64,000 nt of DNA, from the NCBI GenBank assembly GCA_026391215.1, contig JAPLDX010000060.1, positions 32,001 through 96,000 on the forward strand. Reading direction: 5' to 3'. Shown here piece by piece: positions 8,471-17,237 of this stretch; position 1 is the stretch's first letter, and the number at the start of each line of letters is the position of its first letter. This DNA is from Bacteroidia bacterium. Its GTDB lineage: Bacteria; Bacteroidota; Bacteroidia; Bacteroidales; VadinHA17. The notes beneath the pieces are model-generated. The model was not told where the DNA came from. It worked only from the letters and a program-made list of their open reading frames with translations, and did no database searches. Position numbers and translations under genes: made by a program.

Positions 8471-10516
8471 ATGCAAAGCGGAAAAATCGGGGTGACGACT
8501 GAGAACATTTTCCCCATAATCAAGAAATTTCTTTATTCCGATCATGAGATCTTCCTTCGTGAACTAATATCAAATGCGGTGGATGCAACCCAGAAGCTTA
8601 AAGCTCTGGCATCAGCGGGCGATTTCAAGGGTGAACCTGGTGACTTAACAATAAGGGTAGCAGTCGACAAAAAGAAAAAGACAATAAAGGTTACAGACAG
8701 CGGAATAGGTATGACTGAGCAGGAGCTTGACAAGTACCTGAACCAGATAGCCTTTTCAAGCGCCAATGAATTCCTTGACAAGTACAAGGAACAGGCAAAT
8801 AATATTATTGGGCATTTTGGTCTGGGCTTTTATTCTTCATTCATGGTATCTGATAAGGTTGAGGTCATTACCAGGTCATGGGAGGAGGGAGCGAAGCCGG
8901 TCAAATGGACCTGTGACGGAAGCCCTGAATATTCTATTGAAGAAGCTGAGAGAGAGTCGAGAGGTACTGACGTCATACTGCATATCGACAAGGATTCCAA
9001 GGAGTTCCTTGAGGAGAGCAGGATTGAGCAGCTTCTTAAGAAATACTGCAAGTTCCTGCCGGTGGAAATTGCATTCGGAAAAGAAAAAGAATGGAAAGAT
9101 GGAAAATATATCGACATAGGGAAAGACAAAATAATAAATAATACCAAACCTGCATGGACGCTTAAGCCGGCTGATCTTAAGGAAGAAGATTACCAGAAGT
9201 TTTACAGGGAGCTTTATCCGGCAGGTGAAGAGCCTCTGTTTAATATCCATCTGAATGTGGATTATCCGTTCAAGCTGACAGGTATCCTTTATTTTCCAAA
9301 GATCAAAAGCAATATTGAGATCCAGAAGAACAAGATCCAGCTGTACAGCAACCAGGTCTTTGTGACCGATTCGGTTGAAGGCATTGTACCGGAGTTTCTT
9401 ACTCTTCTTCATGGCGTTCTCGATTCTCCAGATATACCTCTTAATGTATCCAGAAGTTATCTGCAGAGTGATTCAAACGTAAAGAAGATATCAGCTCACA
9501 TTACAAAAAAGGTAGCCGACAGGCTTAATGAGATCTTTAAGAAGAACAGGGAAGAGTTCGAGAAGAAATGGGATAGTCTGAAGCTTTTCATCGATTACGG
9601 AATGATAACAGAGGAGAAATTCTATGAGAAAGCATCAAAATTTGCACTTTTGAAAAATACTGATGATAAATTCTTTACATACGAGGAATACGAAAATCTG
9701 ATCAAGGAGAAGCAGACAGACAAAAACAAGATAATTGTCTATTTATACTCTACAAACAAGACGGATCAGTACGCCTATATTGATAAGGCTAAGAATAAAG
9801 GGTATAATGTTCTCAATCTTGACGGACAGCTTGATGTACATCTGATAAATCATCTTGAGACCAAGTTCAAAGAATCAAGGTTTGTAAGAGTCGATTCGGA
9901 CGTTATCGACAAGCTGATCCAGAAGGAGGAAGTGAAAGAATCTAAACTATCAGATGAGCAGAAGGAAGACCTGAAAAGTGTTTTCAACGTGAAAGTAAAA
10001 GCTAAGGAGATCTATAATGTTGTATTTGAGACACTTGACGAAAACGATGCACCTGTGCTTATTACCCAGTCTGAGTTTATGAGGAGGATGAAGGATATGT
10101 CGCAGATTGGCGGCGGAATGAACTTTTATGGTGAGCTGCCAGACAGTTACAACCTCGTTGTCAATCCGAATCATAAGCTGATCCTGGAGATCTATGATGA
10201 CCTTAAAGCCGGAAAAGGAGAAAAGCTGAATGAGAACGGTACAGAAAGGAAGAGGGTGAAGGAAGAGATTGACTTTATGGAGAAGGAGCATAAGAAAAAG
10301 AAAGAAGAGGAGATAAGTCAGCTCGAAAAGGATGATCTTGAAAAACTGAGGAAAGAACTGTCTGATATCGAAAATGTAAGGAGAGAGATACTGGAATCCT
10401 ATGGTTCAGGGAATAAGGTGGTCAAACAGATTATTGATCTGGCATTGCTGGCAAATAACATGCTGAAAGGAGAGGAGCTGAGCACGTTCGTCAAACGAAG
10501 CGTGGACCTGCTCTAA
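8471..10516 (+). CDS. htpG: Molecular chaperone HtpG (Hsp90)
   Basis: LYSDHEIFLRELISNAVDA, DSGIGMT, IIGHFGLGFYS, DIPLNVSRSYLQ. Confidence 0.97.
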   Translation: MQSGKIGVTTENIFPIIKKFLYSDHEIFLRELISNAVDATQKLKALASAGDFKGEPGDLTIRVAVDKKKKTIKVTDSGIGMTEQELDKYLNQIAFSSANEFLDKYKEQANNIIGHFGLGFYSSFMVSDKVEVITRSWEEGAKPVKWTCDGSPEYSIEEAERESRGTDVILHIDKDSKEFLEESRIEQLLKKYCKFLPVEIAFGKEKEWKDGKYIDIGKDKIINNTKPAWTLKPADLKEEDYQKFYRELYPAGEEPLFNIHLNVDYPFKLTGILYFPKIKSNIEIQKNKIQLYSNQVFVTDSVEGIVPEFLTLLHGVLDSPDIPLNVSRSYLQSDSNVKKISAHITKKVADRLNEIFKKNREEFEKKWDSLKLFIDYGMITEEKFYEKASKFALLKNTDDKFFTYEEYENLIKEKQTDKNKIIVYLYSTNKTDQYAYIDKAKNKGYNVLNLDGQLDVHLINHLETKFKESRFVRVDSDVIDKLIQKEEVKESKLSDEQKEDLKSVFNVKVKAKEIYNVVFETLDENDAPVLITQSEFMRRMKDMSQIGGGMNFYGELPDSYNLVVNPNHKLILEIYDDLKAGKGEKLNENGTERKRVKEEIDFMEKEHKKKKEEEISQLEKDDLEKLRKELSDIENVRREILESYGSGNKVVKQIIDLALLANNMLKGEELSTFVKRSVDLL

Positions 10517-10518
10517 TT

Positions 10519-10639
10519 GTCTTGCAGGTCTTGCAGGTCTTACCAGTCCTGCAGGTTTTAATAGACTTGCACGACTTGCACGACTTGCATGACTTGCATG
10601 ACTTGCACGACTTGCATGACTTGCACGACTTGCAAGACC
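10519..10639. repeat. Inverted array of 9-bp tandem repeats between convergent genes
   Basis: About 4 x GTCTTGCAG, a 9-nt spacer GTTTTAATA, then 8 x GACTTGCA(C/T/A). Confidence 0.9.
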
Positions 10640-10641
10640 TT

Positions 10642-11163
10642 TTATATCATCCTCCCAACCTCGGTTTTAATATATTCTATTGCCGCCCTGGTTGGCTCCT
10701 TATCCATCCCCATAATGGTTTCGAGAAGACTTCTGCTGAAATCCATACCGGTCGCCTTTTCAGGCATCTTTCCCATTTCATTGTTAATGATCTTAATCAT
10801 GTTGGAGCGGGCATTCCTCACAACCTCCCATGCCTGAGGACTCATATATATCTGCTGCGAAAGATTATGCTCAAATTCGCTCCTGATAGTTGTGAGAAGG
10901 GCAGAATGAAGCTGTACGGCGCTCATACCTGGTGAGCTTACCCTGACAAGCATCGATTCAAGTGATATCCTTTCAAGAAAAAGAACGATCCTTTCATAAG
11001 CCTGTAGCTTAATGGGAATCACAGTACGGCTGTTCTGAAGAATAAGCTCCTGTTTCCTTTTATCCTGATCATTCTTTATCATGTTCCGCAGGAGCAGCAA
11101 TGCTGTCAGCATTACCAGCAAAGCCGGGATTGTTATTTTAAGAATATCCATCAGTAGTTCCAT
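10642..11163 (-). CDS. Conserved hypothetical protein with N-terminal membrane anchor
   Basis: N-terminal TM helix; LQAYERIVLFLERI and IRSEFEHNLSQQIY motifs. Confidence 0.8.
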   Translation of the reverse strand: MELLMDILKITIPALLVMLTALLLLRNMIKNDQDKRKQELILQNSRTVIPIKLQAYERIVLFLERISLESMLVRVSSPGMSAVQLHSALLTTIRSEFEHNLSQQIYMSPQAWEVVRNARSNMIKIINNEMGKMPEKATGMDFSRSLLETIMGMDKEPTRAAIEYIKTEVGRMI

Positions 11164-11260
11164 ATTTCCTTATTTATTAACAAAAATACAAACTTAATTT
11201 TTTCTTTCGTACTTTTAACATTAAGCAGTGAACTCTAACCAATAAACTACTTACAATATC

Positions 11261-12454
11261 ATGGAACATTTATCTGAAAGAATCAAATCCTTATCAGTTT
11301 CGCAGACACTGGCAATGGCGCAAAAGAGCCGCGAGCTAAAGGCAGAAGGATTGGACATAATTAGTCTGAGTCTTGGCGAGCCCGACTTTAATACTCCCGA
11401 TTATATTAAGGAAGCAGCGAAGAAGGCTATTGACCAGAACTTTTCGAAATATCCTCCTGTATCCGGATATAACGACCTTCGTGAAGCCATATCAAGGAAA
11501 TTCAGAGAGGAAAATGGAATCAACTATTCCCCGGAACAGGTCATTGTATCGGCAGGCGGAAAGCATTCCATAATAAATGTCATCCTTTCGATAATTAATC
11601 CGGGTGATGAGGTCATTCTTCTTGCTCCGTACTGGGTGAGCTACCTGGATCAGGTCATCCTTGCAGGAGGGAAACCGGTTATCGTTGAAGCAACTCTTGA
11701 AAATGATTTCAAGGTTCAGCCCGAGCAGCTTGAAGTAATCATAACGAGGAAGACAAGGCTTATAATTTTCAATTCACCCTCAAATCCTACAGGAATGGTC
11801 TATACTCGGGAAGAGATGGAGGAGATAGCAAGGATCGTTCAGAAGCATGAAGGCCTGTATATTATTTCAGATGAGATATATGAGCATATCCTTTTCAGGG
11901 GAGAGCATGTCAGCATGGCCTCCTTTGATTTTATTTATGACAGGGTCATAACTGTCAATGGAGTATCAAAAAGCTATGCCATGACAGGTTGGAGGATCGG
12001 ATATATCGGTGCTCCTTTATGGATTGTTAAAGCCTGCGATAAGCTTCAGGGACAGTTTACTTCAGGGGTTTGCACAATTGCACAAAAAGCTGCCCTGGCA
12101 GCTATCAGCATTAAGGATAGCTCGCGGCAGATGATGAAGGAAGCATTCCAGAGGCGCCGGGACCTGATCTGCAAGCTCCTGAAAGATGTGAAAGGATTTA
12201 AGCTGAGAATACCTCAGGGCGCATTTTATGTCATGCCCGATATCGGCTATTACCTGGGAAAATCTGACGGGATAAAAAAGATCAAAACTTCAGATGACCT
12301 TGCTCTCTGGCTGCTTGAAAATGCTCATGTGGCCGTTGTTGGAGGGGATGCTTTCGGCGCTCCGAGTTGCATAAGGATCTCTTATGCAACTTCCGACGAA
12401 CTGCTGGTTGAGGCAGTGAAAAGGATTAAGGCTGCGCTGGAGAAACTGAAATGA
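11261..12454 (+). CDS. aspC: Aspartate aminotransferase (class I/II PLP)
   Basis: LGEPDFNTP, NSPSNPTG, SDEIYE, NGVSKSYAMTGWRIG, IRISYA. Confidence 0.9.
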   Translation: MEHLSERIKSLSVSQTLAMAQKSRELKAEGLDIISLSLGEPDFNTPDYIKEAAKKAIDQNFSKYPPVSGYNDLREAISRKFREENGINYSPEQVIVSAGGKHSIINVILSIINPGDEVILLAPYWVSYLDQVILAGGKPVIVEATLENDFKVQPEQLEVIITRKTRLIIFNSPSNPTGMVYTREEMEEIARIVQKHEGLYIISDEIYEHILFRGEHVSMASFDFIYDRVITVNGVSKSYAMTGWRIGYIGAPLWIVKACDKLQGQFTSGVCTIAQKAALAAISIKDSSRQMMKEAFQRRRDLICKLLKDVKGFKLRIPQGAFYVMPDIGYYLGKSDGIKKIKTSDDLALWLLENAHVAVVGGDAFGAPSCIRISYATSDELLVEAVKRIKAALEKLK

Positions 12455-12465
12455 TCCCTCAGACC

Positions 12466-12494
12466 GCTAAGCGTAGTTTCAAACTACGCTTAGC
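12466..12494. repeat. Perfect 14-bp inverted repeat with 1-nt spacer (REP-like or bidirectional terminator)
   Basis: GCTAAGCGTAGTTT-C-AAACTACGCTTAGC between convergent aspC and nitroreductase. Confidence 0.75.
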
Positions 12495-12517
12495 ATAAGC
12501 TTAACCTTAAACTAATA

Positions 12518-13069
12518 TCAATACTTTTCATACGAGATCACCTCTTCAGGTGGTTTCCTGTTCTTGGTTCTGTATTTACTCAGTGAATAACCCAGCGTAA
12601 TTAAAAGTTCAACGCGTTTATCTTTGGGTATTCCAAGTATCTTCCTTACTCCATCTTCATCAAACCATCCTATCATGCACGATCCTATCCCTTCTGCCTT
12701 TGCCTGCAAACATATATTCTCTGATGCAATGCCAATATCAATCAGCGAGTAATCCTTATTCTTTATTGTTCCGCCGACCTTTGATACGACATTAGGTTTT
12801 TGCCTGACGATGACCAGGATTACCGGGGCCTGGTCAACAAATCTGTTCATATGAAGCAGCTTTGCGGAAGCAGCCTGGGCAACCTTCTTTATAAGTCCCG
12901 GATCTGTGACCACAATAAATTTCCATGGTTGTGCATTGCATGCAGAAGGAGACATCCTTCCTGCCTCGAGGATCCTGCCGAGCTTTACCTTTTTCACAGG
13001 CTTGTCGCTGTATCGACGGTCGCTCTGGCGGCTGGTTATCGTCTCAAGCATTTTATTTCCGTCAATCAT
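12518..13069 (-). CDS. Nitroreductase family protein
   Basis: RQSDRRY, SPSACNAQPWKF, DIGIA, GIGSCMIGWF. Confidence 0.93.
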   Translation of the reverse strand: MIDGNKMLETITSRQSDRRYSDKPVKKVKLGRILEAGRMSPSACNAQPWKFIVVTDPGLIKKVAQAASAKLLHMNRFVDQAPVILVIVRQKPNVVSKVGGTIKNKDYSLIDIGIASENICLQAKAEGIGSCMIGWFDEDGVRKILGIPKDKRVELLITLGYSLSKYRTKNRKPPEEVISYEKY

Positions 13070-13178
13070 TTCTTTAAAATTTAAATTTATTCTTCAAAGT
13101 CGCCAAATATAGCAATATTTAATATCTTTATTTTTTGAAAAATTGAAAAATTTAAATCAATAACCAAAACGCAATAAA

Positions 13179-13739
13179 ATGATTATAGCACTAGTAATTC
13201 TCGGGCTCATCGTATTGTTTGTCATGTGGGCAATATCTCTCTATAACCGGCTTGTGAAGCTGAGGAATAACAGAGAGCAGGCATTTGCTGATGTAGATGT
13301 TCAGCTGAAACAGAGACACGATCTTATTCCGCAGCTTGTTGAGTCTGTAAGAGGTTATATGCAACATGAACGCGGTGTACTGACCGAGATAACTGAAGCA
13401 CGTGCCAATGCAATGAAGGCAACGTCCATCAATGAGAAGATCCAGGCAGAAACCAGGCTTTCCAGTGCACTTGATGGCCTGAAAGTATCAGTTGAAGCTT
13501 ATCCCGATCTAAAGGCAAGTCAGAATTTCCTTGATCTGCAGAATGAGATTTCGGATATTGAAAACAAGATAGCTGCTGCACGCCGTTTCTTCAATTCGGC
13601 TACCAAAGAACTCAACGTTGCAACTGAAGTGTTCCCCTCAAACATCGTCGCCACATTGTTCAATTTCAAACGTGAACCGATGTTTGAGCTTGGCGACCAG
13701 CGCGAAGCTGTTGAACAGCCTCCACAGATCAAGTTCTAA
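13179..13739 (+). CDS. lemA: LemA family protein
   Basis: N-terminal TM, YNRLVKLRN, DVQLKQRHDLIP, EAYPDLKAS, FPSNIVA. Confidence 0.95.
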   Translation: MIIALVILGLIVLFVMWAISLYNRLVKLRNNREQAFADVDVQLKQRHDLIPQLVESVRGYMQHERGVLTEITEARANAMKATSINEKIQAETRLSSALDGLKVSVEAYPDLKASQNFLDLQNEISDIENKIAAARRFFNSATKELNVATEVFPSNIVATLFNFKREPMFELGDQREAVEQPPQIKF

Positions 13740-13747
13740 ACAGGTTA

Positions 13748-14719
13748 ATGGAATATTTTGGTTTACAGAGCCAGATCAGGAAGAATAATACAAATTCTGT
13801 ATTGCTCTTACTGATGTTCCCTGTCGTCTTTTTCGGACTGACGTGGTTATTTTTCTTTTTTACTTCACTCAGCCAGTCGCATTATTTTTCAGCAGAGCAG
13901 GAAGCTTATAATATCTTGCCCGTGATCAATAATAAATTCGTGAGGACGATCCCATGGGTAACTATTGGAGTATTTGCGTGGTTTGCAATAGCATGGTTCT
14001 CGCATACTACGATGATCAATAAAGCTACTGACTCCAAACCTCTTGAACGCAGCGAGAATAAAAGAGTCTATAACCTTGTAGAGAACCTTTGCATCTCGGT
14101 CGGCATGGCCATGCCACAAGTGAACATTATTGAAGACGATTCACTGAATGCCTTTGCCAGCGGGATAAATCCCAAGACATATACTGTATCACTTTCACGG
14201 GGCATTATTAATAAGCTTGATGACAGGGAGCTTGAAGCGGTAATTGCACATGAGCTGACTCATATCAGGAACCGTGACGTGAAATTGCTGATAATCTCAA
14301 TAGTCTTTGTCGGGATCTTTGCATTCCTCTCGGAAATGCTGTTCAGATCATTAAGGTTTGGAGGCCTGGGACGAGGAGGTAAGAAAGGAGGGGGAGGAGC
14401 AGCAATTCTGATCGCTCTTGTTCTTGCTGCAATAGGTTATCTTGTTGCATCCCTTTTCAGGTTTGCCCTTTCACGGAAACGGGAGTACCTGGCAGATGCA
14501 GGATCAGCAGAGCTTACCAGGAATCCATTGTCCCTGGCATCAGCCCTGAGAAAAATCTCAATAGATCCTACAATTGAGGCTGTAAAGAGGAAAGACGTAG
14601 CCCAGATGTTCATTGAGAATCCACAGGCCGAGCTTAAAAATAAATCATTTTCTGTCGGTTCATTGTTTGCCACACATCCCCCGATACAGAAAAGAATAGA
14701 GATCCTGGAACAATTCTAA
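13748..14719 (+). CDS. htpX: M48 family zinc metalloprotease HtpX
   Basis: NAFASG, HELTH, SRKREYLAD, LASALRKI, FATHPP. Confidence 0.9.
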   Translation: MEYFGLQSQIRKNNTNSVLLLLMFPVVFFGLTWLFFFFTSLSQSHYFSAEQEAYNILPVINNKFVRTIPWVTIGVFAWFAIAWFSHTTMINKATDSKPLERSENKRVYNLVENLCISVGMAMPQVNIIEDDSLNAFASGINPKTYTVSLSRGIINKLDDRELEAVIAHELTHIRNRDVKLLIISIVFVGIFAFLSEMLFRSLRFGGLGRGGKKGGGGAAILIALVLAAIGYLVASLFRFALSRKREYLADAGSAELTRNPLSLASALRKISIDPTIEAVKRKDVAQMFIENPQAELKNKSFSVGSLFATHPPIQKRIEILEQF

Positions 14720-14742
14720 AAGGTACAACGGTGCAACGGTAC

Positions 14743-15375
14743 TTATTTGTCTTTTTTCTTAAAGAGTCTTTTCTCTTCGCCAGTTAAGAGCCTTTTTATA
14801 TTCTTCCGGTGCGAAAAAAGAAGCGCAACAGCGATAAATACTGAGAAGATCTTAAATATAAGCGAAGGTGTATCGAATAATGTCAGCAGCAGAATTGGAA
14901 AAGCAATTCCAGCTGTCATTGAGGATACTGAGACAATACCGGTAATGATAAAAACGAGCGCAAAGATCCCCAGGCATACAAGTGACACTGCAGGGTGAAT
15001 TGCCAGGATGACTCCACCGGCAGTAGCTACACCTTTGCCGCCTCTGAATCCTGCAAAAACCGGGTACATGTGGCCGATAATAGCAGCTAATCCGGTCATT
15101 ATCTGAAGGTTGGTAAGAAATGCGCTTCCCTGAGGGGCAAGGTGAAAAAATACCGGCAGCAGAGCGGCGAGCGAACCTTTGACCATATCAACAAGCAGGA
15201 CAGGCACTCCGGTTTTCCATCCGAGCACCCTTATTACATTTGTTGCACCTGCGTTTCCGCTTCCATGATCTCTTACATCAATACCATGAAAGACCTTGCC
15301 GGCCCATACAGCTGTTGGAATTGATCCAAGCAGGTAAGCGCTTGTTACTGCAATGATTATGTAAATGATGTTCAT
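14743..15375 (-). CDS. plsY: Glycerol-3-phosphate acyltransferase PlsY
   Basis: [40 protein letters not shown]. Confidence 0.95.
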   Translation of the reverse strand: MNIIYIIIAVTSAYLLGSIPTAVWAGKVFHGIDVRDHGSGNAGATNVIRVLGWKTGVPVLLVDMVKGSLAALLPVFFHLAPQGSAFLTNLQIMTGLAAIIGHMYPVFAGFRGGKGVATAGGVILAIHPAVSLVCLGIFALVFIITGIVSVSSMTAGIAFPILLLTLFDTPSLIFKIFSVFIAVALLFSHRKNIKRLLTGEEKRLFKKKDK

Positions 15376-16994
15376 GATATCACCGGACCATGTTCCACGA
15401 GGTTTGCAGTTTCGGGATTTGTGGTAAACTTACTGAAGTTGTTTATGAATTTGAGAGCAAGATCTGTAGCAGCTATGTGCCATTTTGTCCTTGATTCCCA
15501 GCCGTTTGCGGGATCAAGAATATCGCTGGCGACTCCTTCGACACTTGCAGGGACGGCTAAATTGAAAACAGGAAGATTAATGAAATCACTATCATTGATT
15601 GAGTCATTAAGTATTGCATTAATAATCCGACGTGTGGAAGGAAGGTCGATCCTGTTGCCTGTTCCATAAGGGCCTCTTATCCATCCTGTATTTATCAGCC
15701 AGGCTTCAGCGTCATGCATTTTCATTTTCCTTGTCAGTTCGTTTGCATAAATTATCGGATCAACAAGAAGGAAGGCTGCTCCAAAACATGCTGAGAATGA
15801 AGGTACCGGCTCTACGATGCCTCTTTCTGTCCCGGCAACCTTGGCAGTATAGCCGCTGAGGAAGTAATATTTTGTCTGCTCCTCAGTAAGACGGCTTACA
15901 GGAGGAAGGACACCAAATGTATCTGCAGACAGAAAGATCACCTTGGTTGCATGTCCTGCTTTCGACACAGGTTTTACAATATTATTAATATGGTAAATAG
16001 GGTAAGATACTCTTGTGTTTTCTGTTTTTGAATCATCATTGAAATCTATTGTGCCATCAGGAAGAACTACAAGGTTTTCAAGAAGGGCGTCTCTCCTTAT
16101 GGCACTGTAAATGTCAGGTTCGTTCTTCCTGCTCAGCTTGATGCATTTTGCATAGCAGCCGCCTTCAAAATTAAATATGCCGTCATCATCCCATCCATGC
16201 TAGTCATCGCCGACAAGAGCCCTGTTAGGGTCAGTCGAAAGGGTTGTCTTGCCTGTTCCTGAGAGTCCGAAGAAGATTGCTACATCACCTTTGTTCCCTA
16301 CATTCGCAGAACAGTGCATTGATGCAATTCCCCTGAGAGGCAGGTAGTAATTCATAATCGAGAAAATACCTTTTTTCATTTCTCCTCCGTACCACGTGCC
16401 GCCTATAACAGCCATATTTTCCGAGAGATTAAAAAAGATAAAATTCTCTGAGTTGAGTCCCTGTTCCTTCCAGTCAGGATTAACTGCCTTTGAGGCCATC
16501 AGCACAACGAAATCAGGTTTGAATTTCTTCAACTCCTCAGGAGTAGGCCTGATGAACATATTCTTTACAAAATGCGACTGCCAGGCAACTTCCATAATGA
16601 ATCTGACTCTCAATCTTGTATTTTCATTTGTTCCGCTGAAGCAATCAACAGTAAAGAGTCTTTTCCTGGAAAGCTGACGGGCTGCAATATCTTTACAATG
16701 CTGCCATATCTCATGGGAGATGGGTTTATTATCAGATACTTTCGCCTTTTCCGACTTCCACCAGACTGTATCCCTGGTCTTGTCATCAAGAACTATATAT
16801 TTATCCCTGGGCGAGCGTCCTGTAAAGATCCCCGTATCGACCGATACAGCACCTGTCCTGGTAATAAAGCCTCTTTCAAGCTTATCCAGGCCTGGCTTTG
16901 TCTCTTCTGCAAAAAGAGTGTTATAATCAGGATTGTAAACTATTTCGGCAACATCGTGTATGCCGTATACGGATAAATCTTCAGGTGCCATCAT
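15372..16994 (-). pseudogene. pckA: ATP-dependent PEP carboxykinase interrupted by one in-frame TAG (16200-16202); pseudogene or sequence error
   Basis: [27 protein letters not shown], then [21 protein letters not shown] continuing in frame to [18 protein letters not shown]; 541 codons including both stops. Confidence 0.88.
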
Positions 16995-17182
16995 GGTTGC
17001 TTATTGTTTGAATTGTTAAGCTTTGCAAAGTAATTAAAATATTAATGCGCATGTTTTCAAGTTAATATTTTGTAGAAAAATACTCTTTTTGATATAGGGT
17101 TAAGTTAAATGTAACGGTCTTATATATGATTCAAAAAGTAGTTTCTTACTACGAAGTCAGGTTATTTTGCAGCCATGCAAAG

Positions 17183-17217
17183 AAAAAAGGCTGTTCCCGG
17201 GACCGGGGACAGCCTTT
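17183..17217 (-). terminator. Rho-independent terminator of ppdK
   Basis: Minus strand AAGGCTGTCCCCGG..CCGGGAACAGCCTTTTTT. Confidence 0.8.
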
Positions 17218-17237
17218 CTGTTATTATTTACAGGAAA

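Noticed and set aside
10519-10639. Possible CRISPR array (also 33528-33639)
   Set aside because: Units are 8-9 bp with no unique spacers, and there are no cas genes
10522-10935. ORF with (HDL)n His-rich repeat, and the overlapping (TCM/TCT)n ORF at 10589
   Set aside because: Translation artefacts of the 9-bp DNA repeat; they overlap a convincing gene on the opposite strand
16200-16202. Genome-wide TAG reassignment or pyrrolysine insertion
   Set aside because: Several genes in the window end normally at TAG, no pyl genes or suppressor tRNA are present, and the position requires Glu
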